64,000 nt of DNA from Clostridia bacterium (GTDB lineage: Bacteria; Bacillota; Clostridia; Oscillospirales; Acutalibacteraceae): NCBI GenBank assembly GCA_017397105.1, contig JAFQKF010000021.1, positions 4,895 through 68,894 on the forward strand, given 5' to 3'. The notes beneath the pieces were generated by a model. It saw only the letters and a program-made list of their open reading frames with translations, had not been told where the DNA came from and did not search any database. The position numbers were made by a program, and so were the translations under genes. Shown here piece by piece: positions 39,847 through 49,818 of the stretch (position 1 is its first letter; each line of letters starts with the position of its first letter).

Positions 39847-41805
39847 TCAGCCCTTCCTCAGTTTTTCAATTCTGTCTCTCAGATATGCCGCATGCTCGAA
39901 TTCAAGAATCTTAGCCGCCGCTTTCATTTCAGCCGTCAGCTTGACTATAAGCGCCTCTCGCTCCTTCTTGCTCATGCGGGATACGGGTTTCTCTTTACCG
40001 TCCTCTTTAGAGGTAATCTCAATAATATCACGAACGTCCTTTACAATCGTTTTAGGTACGATTGAATGAAGCTCGTTATATTTCATCTGTTTTTCTCTTC
40101 TGCGGTTGGTTTCCGTTATAGCCCTTTCCATGGACGGAGTTACCGAATCCGCATACATAATTACTTCGCCGTTTGCGTTTCGCGCCGCTCTGCCCACAGT
40201 CTGAATAAGCGACGTTTCCGAGCGGAGAAAGCCCTCCTTGTCAGCATCAAGAATAACAACCAACGAAACCTCGGGAATATCAAGACCCTCTCTTAAAAGG
40301 TTGATACCTACGAGCACGTCGAATTCACCGAGTCTTAATCCTCTTATTATTTCCATTCGCTCAATCGTATCGATATCGTGATGCATATAGCGCACTTTGA
40401 TGCCGAGATTTTCCATGTAATCAGTCAAATCCTCGGCCATTTTTTTGGTAAGCGTTGTAACGAGTACACGCTCCTTGCGCTCAACTCTTATATTGATTTC
40501 GGACACAAGGTCGTCAATCTGACCGTCGGTGGGTCGCACACTGATAAGAGGATCAAGCAAGCCGGTAGGTCTGATTATCTGCTCCGCAATCTGAACGCTT
40601 TTATCTTTTTCAAACTCACCCGGAGTAGCGCTTACAAAGATTTTCTGCCCTACCCTCGAATAGAATTCGTCAAAGGTAAGCGGTCTGTTATCGTAAGCAG
40701 ACGGAAGTCTGAATCCGAATTCCACAAGACTGTCCTTCCTTGAGCGGTCGCCGCCGTGCATACCCCTTACCTGAGGCAGAGTAACGTGCGATTCATCAAC
40801 GAAAAGAAGGAAATCATCAGGGAAATAATTGAGCAAAGTAAAAGGTGCTGAGCCCGCAGGTCTGCCTGACATTACTCTCGAATAGTTCTCGATTCCTTTG
40901 CAGAACCCCGTTTCCCTGAGCATTTCAATATCATACTGAGTACGCTGCCTTATACGCTGAGCCTCAAGAAGTTTACCCTGACTCTCAAACCATGCCACTC
41001 TCTCAAGCATTTCATCATAAATAGCGGATATGGATTTTTCCATTTTATCTGACGATACAACGTAATGTGACGCAGGATAAACGGCAACGTGAGAAAGCAC
41101 TCCCTTTACTTCGCCCGTAAGAGCGTTAATCTCGCTAATTCTGTCAACTTCGTCGCCAAAGAATTCAACACGTATCGCGTTTTCGTTTGAGTAAACGGGG
41201 AAAATTTCAACCACGTCGCCCCTTACCCTGAACTTATTACGCATGAAGTTGACGTCGTTTCTTTCATACTGAATAGATACAAGCTTGTCAATAAGCTCGT
41301 CACGGGATTTCTGCATCCCCGGTCGCAACGATATAACCATACTGCGGTAATCAATGGGGTCACCAAGAGTGTATATACAAGAAACACTGGCAACAATTAT
41401 AACGTCACGCCTTTCGGAAAGGGCGGAGGTTGCCGAGTGACGCAGTTTATCTATTTCATCGTTGACTGCAGAGTCTTTTTCTATATAAGTATCGGTTGTG
41501 GCAATATATGCCTCAGGCTGATAATAATCGTAATACGAAACGAAATATTCAACTGCATTATTCGGGAAAAACTCACGGAATTCAGAGCACAGCTGCGCCG
41601 CAAGAGTCTTATTGTGAGCAAGCACAAGAGTAGGTCTGTTAAGTCTTTCAATCACGTTTGCCATGGTAAAGGTTTTACCTGAGCCCGTAACACCCAGAAG
41701 TGTCTGCTCCATACAACCGTCTTTGACACCCTGCACAAGCTTTTCTATTGCTTCAGGCTGGTCACCCGTCGGTTTGTATTTTGATACAAGTTCAAATCTG
41801 TCCAC
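39847..41805 (-). CDS. uvrB: Excinuclease ABC subunit B
   Basis: [34 protein letters not shown]-terminal UVR domain. Confidence 0.98.
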   Translation of the reverse strand: MDRFELVSKYKPTGDQPEAIEKLVQGVKDGCMEQTLLGVTGSGKTFTMANVIERLNRPTLVLAHNKTLAAQLCSEFREFFPNNAVEYFVSYYDYYQPEAYIATTDTYIEKDSAVNDEIDKLRHSATSALSERRDVIIVASVSCIYTLGDPIDYRSMVISLRPGMQKSRDELIDKLVSIQYERNDVNFMRNKFRVRGDVVEIFPVYSNENAIRVEFFGDEVDRISEINALTGEVKGVLSHVAVYPASHYVVSSDKMEKSISAIYDEMLERVAWFESQGKLLEAQRIRQRTQYDIEMLRETGFCKGIENYSRVMSGRPAGSAPFTLLNYFPDDFLLFVDESHVTLPQVRGMHGGDRSRKDSLVEFGFRLPSAYDNRPLTFDEFYSRVGQKIFVSATPGEFEKDKSVQIAEQIIRPTGLLDPLISVRPTDGQIDDLVSEINIRVERKERVLVTTLTKKMAEDLTDYMENLGIKVRYMHHDIDTIERMEIIRGLRLGEFDVLVGINLLREGLDIPEVSLVVILDADKEGFLRSETSLIQTVGRAARNANGEVIMYADSVTPSMERAITETNRRREKQMKYNELHSIVPKTIVKDVRDIIEITSKEDGKEKPVSRMSKKEREALIVKLTAEMKAAAKILEFEHAAYLRDRIEKLRKG

Positions 41806-41970
41806 GCGTTTCTCCCTCCTGTCAGTTCAAAATACATCAAAACATAATTAAGTATAACACATCATTTTAAAAAATAAAAGATAAAAGAATATTTTGTGAA
41901 ATTTACTTTTAAATGCAGACAATTTATGATAAAATGATTTATAATCATCAATGCCGAAAGGGGCAGCAGT

Positions 41971-43515
41971 ATGTATATCCTTACTTCAAAGCAGATGTTT
42001 GAAGCCGAAAAGCAAGCCGTCAACAGGCTCGGAATAACCTTTTGCGAGCTTATGGAGCGTGCCGGTTGCTCAAGCGCCGATATTATCATGAAAACAAACA
42101 GTTCAGGTAAAAACGCCGTTATCGTATGCGGTAAGGGCAAAAACGGCGGTGACGGATTTGTTATTGCAAGAAAGCTGCTTGAAAACGGATACGGCGTAAA
42201 TATCATACTCACTCACGGCGACCCGAAGCCCGAGGATGCCGTTGAGATGTTCGGCAGAACAGACACTCAAAAAGCCGTGATTTACAGATATGATAATCTT
42301 GAAAATATCACCCACGTTATTGACTCAGCAGATATTATAATCGACTGCATTTTCGGCACGGGATTCAGCGGTAAGCTTGATGAAAAAACCGCCGCCCTCG
42401 TCAGCTATATCAACTGTTCAGGTGCAAAAACATATGCAATAGACGTCCCTTCCGGCGCTTGCTGCGATTCTCCCGAAATAAACGGCGAATGTATAAAAGC
42501 TGATATTACGGTTGCGATTTCTGCATATAAATTCATCCACATAATAAAGCCTTACAGCGAAATCTGCGGCAAAACAATCATTGCCGACATAGGTATAACC
42601 AACGCGGATTACCTCGCCTCAAAGGTCGGAATCTTCACTCATGATTCATCAGAAATTCTGCCGATACTGCCTGAGAGAAAAAGCGTTTCCAACAAAGGAA
42701 GCTACGGTCATGCCCTGAGCATCTGCTCAAGCAAAGCTATGCAGGGAGCATCGGTTCTTGCCGCAAAAGGCGCTCTGCGTATGGGAGCAGGGCTTCTCAC
42801 TGTTGCAATCCCCGACGACGCATACTGCGCCGTGGTGCCCAAGCTTACCGAGCCGCTTATGCTTCCGCTCCCGTGCGATGAAAAGGGCTTCATGAGCGCT
42901 GACGCAGTACCCGTTCTCCTTGAAGCTCAGAAGCGTGCCTCCGCATCCCTCATCGGCTGCGGTATCGGTCTTACGGACGGCACGAAAGAGGTTGTATATT
43001 CATTCATCAAAAATGCAACAAAGCCCTTGATAATTGATGCCGACGGAATAAATGCGGTTGCCTGCAATATAGATATATTGAAAGCAGCCAAGGCGCCGAT
43101 TGTTATGACTCCTCATCCGGGAGAAATGAGCAGGCTTTGCGGCAAAGAAATATGTGAAATCCTTGAAAACCCCATTGAAACAGCACTCCGTTTTGCAACC
43201 GAAAATTCAGTTACTCTCGTTTTAAAAACCGCCAACACGGTTGTTTGTTCCTCTGACGGCAGAGTTTACATAAACAAAACGGGAAACAACGGGCTTTCAA
43301 AAGGCGGAAGCGGAGATTTGCTTGCGGGTATGCTTCTTTCGCTTCTTGCTCAGGGTGTTTCAACGTTTGACAGTGCCGTATGTGCGGTTTATCTTCACGG
43401 CCTCGTTGCAGATGAATACGCAAAAACGCACTCAACAAGAAGTTTTCTGCCCTCTGACCTTGCCGATTATCTGCCCCGCCTGCTTTCAGATTTTGAACAG
43501 CAGGTGATAAATTGA
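41971..43515 (+). CDS. nnr: Bifunctional NAD(P)H-hydrate epimerase/dehydratase (YjeF/Nnr)
   Basis: LMERAG, GKGKNGGDG, DCIFGTG, DVPSG, NKGSYG, DADG, TPHPGEM, GGSGDLLAG. Confidence 0.95.
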   Translation: MYILTSKQMFEAEKQAVNRLGITFCELMERAGCSSADIIMKTNSSGKNAVIVCGKGKNGGDGFVIARKLLENGYGVNIILTHGDPKPEDAVEMFGRTDTQKAVIYRYDNLENITHVIDSADIIIDCIFGTGFSGKLDEKTAALVSYINCSGAKTYAIDVPSGACCDSPEINGECIKADITVAISAYKFIHIIKPYSEICGKTIIADIGITNADYLASKVGIFTHDSSEILPILPERKSVSNKGSYGHALSICSSKAMQGASVLAAKGALRMGAGLLTVAIPDDAYCAVVPKLTEPLMLPLPCDEKGFMSADAVPVLLEAQKRASASLIGCGIGLTDGTKEVVYSFIKNATKPLIIDADGINAVACNIDILKAAKAPIVMTPHPGEMSRLCGKEICEILENPIETALRFATENSVTLVLKTANTVVCSSDGRVYINKTGNNGLSKGGSGDLLAGMLLSLLAQGVSTFDSAVCAVYLHGLVADEYAKTHSTRSFLPSDLADYLPRLLSDFEQQVIN

Positions 43516-44033
43516 AATCAAAATTTTTAACCGTTTTCCTATTAATTCTTTTACTTTTTTCGGGCTGCACTTCCGGCTTTGATAAAGCGGAGGTGCCGCC
43601 CTCTTTGCTTTGCGCAAAAGAGTTGCAGGCAAAGGTATCCTCCCCGTCTTTTTCAGGGAATGCCGTCTATTCAATCCTTGATGACGGCACACAAAAAGTT
43701 AGGATAGTTTCTCCCGATGAAGCCGCAGGACTCGCTCTGATTTACAATAACGGGGAAGCCTCTGTTTCTTTTGATACTCTTGAGGTTGAGAATTCCGAAG
43801 CCTATCTTCCCGAGAACTTTTTCGCCCTGATTTTATGTGATGCAGCCGAAAGAGTTATGAAATGCTCTCAGGTGCCGCAAAAAGAGGGTGATTTCTGGAT
43901 TTTCCGCATCTCGGAAGGCGAAAATTCCGACGTTCTGAGAGTCACCCGCTCAGGGCTGCTTCATTCATTTGAATCACCGAAAAACAACCTTCACATAGAG
44001 TTTACCGACACCAACTCACAGCTAACGGAATAA
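43512..44033 (+). CDS. Putative lipoprotein
   Basis: Lipobox LFSGC after a hydrophobic leader. Sits where the YdcC-like lipoprotein of the nnr/alr/mazEF locus usually is. Confidence 0.7.
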   Translation: MKSKFLTVFLLILLLFSGCTSGFDKAEVPPSLLCAKELQAKVSSPSFSGNAVYSILDDGTQKVRIVSPDEAAGLALIYNNGEASVSFDTLEVENSEAYLPENFFALILCDAAERVMKCSQVPQKEGDFWIFRISEGENSDVLRVTRSGLLHSFESPKNNLHIEFTDTNSQLTE

Positions 44034-44040
44034 ACTGCTA

Positions 44041-44089
44041 TGGGATAAGCCGCCCCATCTCCCCTGACGGCGGCAAGCCCACATTTTTT
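44041..44089 (+). terminator. Putative terminator upstream of mazF
   Basis: TGGG-GCCGCC...GGCGGC-CCCA followed by T6. Confidence 0.55.
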
Positions 44090-44162
44090 ATTGACGATGT
44101 TTATTTGCCCGCCATAACGTCAACAATAGAAATGCGAATCAAAATTATGGGAGTGATTCCGT

Positions 44163-44525
44163 TTGAATGTTAAAAGGGGAGAAATTTATTACGCAGATTT
44201 AAGTCCCGTTGTAGGTTCCGAGCAAGGAGGAACCCGACCTGTACTTATTGTTCAGAACGATGTGGGGAATAAATTCAGCCCAACGGTAATAGCCGCCGCC
44301 ATTACCAGCCGCAGATTCAAAACCGAGCTGCCCACACACATAAGAGTAAACGCCGTTGAAAGCGGACTTGCAAAGGATTCGATTGTTCTTCTGGAGCAGG
44401 TGCGCACCATTGATAAACGCCGCTTGCGCGAAAAAATGGGCACTCTTGACAACACGGATATGGCGCGCATTAACCGTGCGCTTTCCGTAAGCCTCGGCAT
44501 TGACGAAACAGACTCCGTCGAATAA
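44163..44525 (+). CDS. mazF: PemK/MazF-family endoribonuclease toxin (EndoA-like)
   Basis: KRGEIYYADLSPVVGSEQGGTRPVLIVQNDVGNKFSPTVIAAAIT, LLEQVRTIDK; TTG start after GGGAGTG. Confidence 0.95.
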   Translation: MNVKRGEIYYADLSPVVGSEQGGTRPVLIVQNDVGNKFSPTVIAAAITSRRFKTELPTHIRVNAVESGLAKDSIVLLEQVRTIDKRRLREKMGTLDNTDMARINRALSVSLGIDETDSVE

Positions 44526-44540
44526 AACGGGGTCTGTTTC
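44505..44540 (+). terminator. Stem-loop over the mazF stop codon
   Basis: GAAACAGACTCCGT...ACGGGGTCTGTTTC. Confidence 0.6.
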
Positions 44541-44701
44541 TCATATTAACAAACCTTATCCGCCGTACGCATTTCATCAGATTTGCGGCAGCATTTTTAA
44601 TTTTCTTACATATTTTTATTGTTAAAATAGACAAAATGCATCATTACAGTTAGTACATATCTGTCAAATCAACATTTTTAAAAAAGCTTGTGCTTATGCG
44701 C

Positions 44702-44730
44702 TTGACTTGTGAATTGTAATAAGGTATTAT
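44702..44730 (+). promoter_or_regulatory. sigmaA promoter of the leuA-like/acyl-CoA synthetase/ilvE/vor operon
   Basis: TTGACT-17 bp-TATTAT, about 70 nt before the ATG. Confidence 0.7.
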
Positions 44731-44802
44731 ATTTTGTAATCTTTTTAATTATAAGTGTTAAATTGATTAAAGCATTCATTTTTTGTAAGGGAGAAAAAAC
44801 GC

Positions 44803-46218
44803 ATGAAGAAAATTGCAATTGCAGACGTTACTCTTCGTGAAGGTGTCTGCAGAAGCGACATTTCGCTCAGTTTCAAAGAAAAGCTTGAAGTTGCAAAACT
44901 TCTCGACAAGCTCGGTGTAAACGTTATCGAAACAGCACCGATTATTGACGAAAAAACCGACACTCTGGTTCTTCGTACACTATGCTCCCTACTCAAAACA
45001 AGCATACTTTCCTGCCCCACGGGCCTTACCGTAGAAGGTGTTGACAGAGCATGGAAGGCAATCAGCGGCGCCGCAAAGTCAAGACTTTTTGTCTGCGCCC
45101 CTGTTTCCGCAGTGCAGATGGAATATCTCTGCCACAAAAAACCCGCCGCTATGCTTGATACAATCTCCGCTGTTGTAAGCCACGCTGCTTCACTTTGCGC
45201 AGACGTTGAATTCGCGGCTCAGGATGCAACAAGAAGTGAAAAGAGCTTCCTCTTCAGCGCAATCAAAACCGCTATTGATGCCGGAGCAAAAACAGTTACG
45301 GTATGTGACACATCAGGAATTATGCTCCCCGATGAATTTGCTCAGCTTATCACTGAAATTTACGAAGCTGTTCCCGAACTTTCAAACGTAGCCCTCAGCG
45401 TTGAATGCAGCAACGCCATGGATATGGCAAACGCCTGCGTTTTCGCCTGCATCAAGAACGGCGCTGTACAGATAAAAACAAACATCGGCGGCAACTCCTC
45501 ACCCTCAACCGATTCTCTTGCGAACGCAATCAGAATCAAAGGCGACTCACTGGGAGTTTCCTGTGACGTAAACACCATGGCAATCAGCCATACCGTACCC
45601 AAAATTCTCAGAATGACCACTTCTGATAAATCCGTTTACGCTGACGATTTCACCGCTACGTCATTTGAATCACGCAACGCCAGCGTTCTGCTTGATGCAA
45701 GTGCAGAGCTTTCTCAGGTAAGCAAGGCTGTTGTTGAGCTCGGCTACGACCTTAGCGATGACGATATCCTTAAGGTTTACGAAGCATTCAAAGTTGTTGC
45801 AGCAAAAAAACAGGTTGGCACCAAGGAGCTCGATTCAATCGTTGCAAGCGAAGCAAACCAGGTTCCCCCTACTTACAAGCTTGTCAACTACGTTATAAAC
45901 AGCGGTAACATTATGACTTCAACTGCCAACATCGTTCTCTCCAAAAACGGCAGAGAGCTCAGCGCAGTCGAAATGGGTGACGGCCCCATTGATGCCGCTT
46001 TCCTTACCATTGAGCAGATACTCGGCTGCCATTACGAGCTTGACGATTTTGAAATCCAGGCTGTTACCGAGGGAAGAACAGCTCTCGGCGAAGCGCTTGT
46101 TAAACTGCGCAGCAACGGCAAGATTTATTCAGGAAGAGGCATTTCAACCGATATAATCGGCGCAAGCATCCACGCTTACATAAATGCCCTCAACAAAATA
46201 GTTTATGAGGAGAATTAA
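44803..46218 (+). CDS. 2-isopropylmalate synthase (LeuA) homolog with a degenerate active site and an intact C-terminal regulatory domain
   Basis: DVTLREG, KLGVNVIE, DATRS, DTSG; C-terminal GDGPIDA...AVTEG...ALGE...GRGISTDIIGASIHAYINALN. Confidence 0.85.
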   Translation: MKKIAIADVTLREGVCRSDISLSFKEKLEVAKLLDKLGVNVIETAPIIDEKTDTLVLRTLCSLLKTSILSCPTGLTVEGVDRAWKAISGAAKSRLFVCAPVSAVQMEYLCHKKPAAMLDTISAVVSHAASLCADVEFAAQDATRSEKSFLFSAIKTAIDAGAKTVTVCDTSGIMLPDEFAQLITEIYEAVPELSNVALSVECSNAMDMANACVFACIKNGAVQIKTNIGGNSSPSTDSLANAIRIKGDSLGVSCDVNTMAISHTVPKILRMTTSDKSVYADDFTATSFESRNASVLLDASAELSQVSKAVVELGYDLSDDDILKVYEAFKVVAAKKQVGTKELDSIVASEANQVPPTYKLVNYVINSGNIMTSTANIVLSKNGRELSAVEMGDGPIDAAFLTIEQILGCHYELDDFEIQAVTEGRTALGEALVKLRSNGKIYSGRGISTDIIGASIHAYINALNKIVYEEN

Positions 46219-46221
46219 AAT

Positions 46222-48729
46222 ATGAAGCTGTCCTTTTCAACCAACGGCTGGCACAGCTTCGGCTGGAGCGATTTCACAGCCATGGCGTGCGAGCTCGGTT
46301 TCAACGGAATCGAAGTGCATGACATTCTGAGCGATTCCATGAGTGCGGCTGATGCACCTTTCGAAAGCTCTAAAATTTCTTCAACAACCCGCAAGCTTGC
46401 GGAGCAGGGATTATGCATCCCCTGCATCGACACAGTATGCAACATTGCAGACTCCTCAAAAATCGATGAAAGCTGTGAGGAAATTGAGAATTATATTGAC
46501 CGCGCTTCAAAGCTCGGCTGTCCCTACGTAAGAATCCACGCAACCGCCACAGTCCAGACCCCCAGAGAGGATGACGAAACGGTAGTAACCGTGGTAGGCA
46601 GAGTGGTTTCCAAAGCCGAAAAAGCAGGAATTACTCTTCTGATTGAAACAAGCGGCATTTTTGCCGACACTTCAAGACTGCGTGACATTCTTAACATCTT
46701 CGCCTGCGACAACGTTGCGGCACTCTGGGATTTCAACCATCCCTACCGCTTCTTTAACGAAGACCCCGACACCACAATAAAGAATCTCGGCGCTTACGTT
46801 AAGCACGTTCACATCAAGGATTCAAAGGTTGTTGACTCCAAAGTCAAATACTGCATCCTCGGCGACGGTGACCTTCCCATTGCTGAGATGTTCGGCGCCT
46901 TACGTTCAGTAGGTTACAGCGGATTCATTTCACTTGAATGTAATCCTGCTTTACTTGACGACTTTTCGGATAAGGATATCATCTTCCCCCATTTCGTCAA
47001 TTACATCACAATTTACGACGTTCAGGAAGAGGAATTCGGTCTTTACTGGAACAGAGCAAAAACAGGCAGATACGTGTGGAAAAAAGAAGAGCTTATAAAC
47101 AAAACGTTCTCCGAAGTGCTTGACACCATGGTTGAGCTTTTCCCCGACCAGTACGTATTCAAATACACAACCCTCGATTACACAAGAACTTACTCACAGT
47201 TCCGTGATGACGTTGATACCTTCGCCCGTTCACTTATTGCTATGGGCGTAAAGCCCGGCGACAAGGTTGCCGTATGGCTTACTAACCTGCCCCAATGGTT
47301 CATCGCTTTCTGGGCAACGGTAAAAATCGGCGCCGTTCTCGTTACGGTAAACACCGCTTATAAAATTCACGAGATTGAGTATCTTCTCAGGCAGTCCGAT
47401 ACTCACACTCTTATCACCATTGAATCCTGCCTCGATTCAAACTACGCTCAGTCAATCGCTGAGCTTTGCCCCGAGCTTGAATTCACCCCCGCAGGAAGCC
47501 CTCTCCACTGCAGACGGCTCCCCTTCCTTCGTAACATAATCACAGTAGGTTACCGCCAGAAGGGCTGCCTTACATGGGAAGAAGCTATGGATATGTCCGT
47601 AAGAGTTCCCGTGGAGGAGGTTTACCGCAGAGCAGCAGCCGTTGATTGCCACGACGTTGCAAATATGCAGTACACCTCGGGCACAACAGGCTTCCCCAAG
47701 GGCGTTATGCTCACTCACTACAACATCGTTAATAACGGCAAGTGCATCGGTGACAGAATGGATATGTCCACCGCTGACCGTATGATGATTCAGGTTCCCA
47801 TGTTCCATTGCTTCGGTATGGTTCTTTCAATGACATCTATGATGACTCACGGCGGCACCCTCTGTCCTCTCCCCTATTTCTCCGCAAAATCATCACTTGC
47901 CTGCATAAACCTTGAACGCATAACCTGCTTCAACGGTGTTCCCACCATGTTCATTGCGATGTTCCAGCACGACGACTTCGCCACAACCGATTTCTCATAC
48001 ATGAGAACAGGTATCATGGCCGGCGCCAACTGCCCGCCTGACCTTATGAAGCGCGCTGCAGCCGAAATGAACATGACTGAAATCCTCAGCGTTTACGGCG
48101 AAACAGAGGCATCCCCCGGTTGTACAATGGGCGAGGTAAATGAATCCCTTGCTGACAGAACCGAAACCGTAGGAAGCGCCTTCCCCCACGTTGAATGCAA
48201 GATTATTGACCCCGAAACAGGCGAAGACCTGCCGGACGGCGAAAACGGCGAGTTCGTTGCAAGGGGCTACAATATCATGAAGGGCTACTACAAAATGCCC
48301 AAGGCAACCGAAGCCGCTATCGACAAGGACGGCTGGCTTCACAGCGGTGACATTGCCTGCAGACGCCCTGACGGTTACTATCTCATCACCGGCAGACTCA
48401 AGGATATGATAATCCGAGGCGGCGAAAACATTTATCCCCGTGAGATTGAAGAATTCATTTTCACTCACAATTACGTTCAGGACGTTCAGGTTATCGGCGT
48501 ACCCGACAAAAGATACGGTGAAGAAATTATGGCCTGCATTATCCTTAAAGAAGGCTGTGATATGACCGTGGAGGAAATGAAGGAATACATTCAGTCCCAC
48601 ATGGCAAGGCACAAGGTTCCCCGCTACATTGAATTTGTTGAAGACTTCCCCAAAAATGCGGCCGGCAAGATTCTCAAGTATAAAATGAGAGAAGAATTCG
48701 CTCAGAAGCTCGGCCTTACAAAGAATTAA
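46222..48729 (+). CDS. Fusion of a xylose-isomerase-like TIM barrel (about aa 1-265) and an AMP-forming acyl-CoA synthetase
   Basis: N-terminal GFNGIE, LLIET, LWDFNH, HVHIKD, GFISLE. C-terminal YTSGTTGFPKG, YGETE, GWLHSGD, GRLKDMIIRGGENIYPREIE, PKNAAGKI. Confidence 0.9.
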   Translation: MKLSFSTNGWHSFGWSDFTAMACELGFNGIEVHDILSDSMSAADAPFESSKISSTTRKLAEQGLCIPCIDTVCNIADSSKIDESCEEIENYIDRASKLGCPYVRIHATATVQTPREDDETVVTVVGRVVSKAEKAGITLLIETSGIFADTSRLRDILNIFACDNVAALWDFNHPYRFFNEDPDTTIKNLGAYVKHVHIKDSKVVDSKVKYCILGDGDLPIAEMFGALRSVGYSGFISLECNPALLDDFSDKDIIFPHFVNYITIYDVQEEEFGLYWNRAKTGRYVWKKEELINKTFSEVLDTMVELFPDQYVFKYTTLDYTRTYSQFRDDVDTFARSLIAMGVKPGDKVAVWLTNLPQWFIAFWATVKIGAVLVTVNTAYKIHEIEYLLRQSDTHTLITIESCLDSNYAQSIAELCPELEFTPAGSPLHCRRLPFLRNIITVGYRQKGCLTWEEAMDMSVRVPVEEVYRRAAAVDCHDVANMQYTSGTTGFPKGVMLTHYNIVNNGKCIGDRMDMSTADRMMIQVPMFHCFGMVLSMTSMMTHGGTLCPLPYFSAKSSLACINLERITCFNGVPTMFIAMFQHDDFATTDFSYMRTGIMAGANCPPDLMKRAAAEMNMTEILSVYGETEASPGCTMGEVNESLADRTETVGSAFPHVECKIIDPETGEDLPDGENGEFVARGYNIMKGYYKMPKATEAAIDKDGWLHSGDIACRRPDGYYLITGRLKDMIIRGGENIYPREIEEFIFTHNYVQDVQVIGVPDKRYGEEIMACIILKEGCDMTVEEMKEYIQSHMARHKVPRYIEFVEDFPKNAAGKILKYKMREEFAQKLGLTKN

Positions 48730-48741
48730 ACTACTGAAAGG

Positions 48742-49812
48742 GTGTTAAATATGTTAAATATCAAAATTGAAAAAACAACCGCTCCCAAGGCAAAACCCGA
48801 AGGCAAGCTCGGCTTCGGCAAAATCTTCACTGACCATATGTTCATCATGAACTACACAGAGGGCCAGGGCTGGCACGATGCAAGAATCGTTCCTTACGGC
48901 GATCTTTCCTTCTCCCCTGCCTGCATGGTTTTCCACTACGGTCAGGAAATGTTTGAAGGTCTTAAGGCTTACAGAGGCACTGACGGCACTCCCAGACTCT
49001 TCAGACCCGACATGAACGCAAAAAGAACAAACGATACAAACAAAAGACTTTGCATCCCCGAGCTTCCCGTTGAGGATTTCGTTCAGGCTGTAAGCGCTGT
49101 TGTTGACGTTGACCGTGATTGGATCCCCTCAGACCCCGGCACCTCACTTTACATCCGTCCCTTCATCATCGCTACCGATGCTTTCCTCGGCGTTGCTCCC
49201 TCAAAGACATACCTCTTCATAATCATCCTCTCCCCCAGCGGTGCTTACTATGAAAGCGGACTTGCTCCCGTTGGCATCTGGATTGAAGATGACTACGTAA
49301 GAGCAGTAAGAGGCGGCATGGGCTTTGCAAAGACAGGCGGCAACTACGCAGCAAGCCTTGCAGCTCAGGTTAAGGCTCACGATGACGGTTATTCACAGGT
49401 CCTCTGGCTTGACGGCGTTGAGAGAAAGTACATAGAAGAAGTTGGCGCTATGAACATTTTCTTCAAGATTGACGGCAAAATCGTCACTCCCATGCTCAAC
49501 GGCTCAATCCTTCCCGGCATCACCCGTAACTCCGTAATCGAGCTTTGCAAGAGCTGGGGTCTTGACGTTGAAGAGCGCAAGATTTCCGTTGACGAGCTCC
49601 TCGAGGCTCAGGCAACAGGCAAGCTTGAGGAATGCTTCGGCACAGGTACCGCCGCAGTTATTTCTCCCGTTGGCAAGCTTCGCTACAAGGACGACGTTAT
49701 GACCATCAACGGCGGTAACATCGGTGAAATCAGCCAGAAGCTTTACGATACCGTTACAGGCATTCAGTGCGGCAGCGTTGAAGATAAATTCGGCTGGGTT
49801 GTAACCCTTTAA
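48742..49812 (+). CDS. ilvE: Branched-chain amino acid aminotransferase
   Basis: FGKIFTDHM, HYGQEMFEGLKAY, LYIRP, KTGGNY, EEVGAMN, LPGITR, GTAAVISP. The start may be 48751. Confidence 0.96.
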   Translation: MLNMLNIKIEKTTAPKAKPEGKLGFGKIFTDHMFIMNYTEGQGWHDARIVPYGDLSFSPACMVFHYGQEMFEGLKAYRGTDGTPRLFRPDMNAKRTNDTNKRLCIPELPVEDFVQAVSAVVDVDRDWIPSDPGTSLYIRPFIIATDAFLGVAPSKTYLFIIILSPSGAYYESGLAPVGIWIEDDYVRAVRGGMGFAKTGGNYAASLAAQVKAHDDGYSQVLWLDGVERKYIEEVGAMNIFFKIDGKIVTPMLNGSILPGITRNSVIELCKSWGLDVEERKISVDELLEAQATGKLEECFGTGTAAVISPVGKLRYKDDVMTINGGNIGEISQKLYDTVTGIQCGSVEDKFGWVVTL

Positions 49813-49818
49813 TCAACT

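Noticed and set aside
41820-41860. LexA (GAAC-N4-GTTC) box upstream of uvrB
   Set aside because: Only a half-site-like AAACATAA is visible, which is too degenerate to call.
44599-44613. CodY-like site AATTTTCTTACATAT upstream of the leuA-like operon
   Set aside because: Four mismatches to AATTTTCWGAAAATT in an AT-rich region; biologically plausible but unsupported.
44803-46218. Annotation as a functional leuA or as a pseudogene
   Set aside because: The catalytic residues are missing, so it is not a canonical LeuA. The ORF, RBS and regulatory domain are intact, so it is not a pseudogene.
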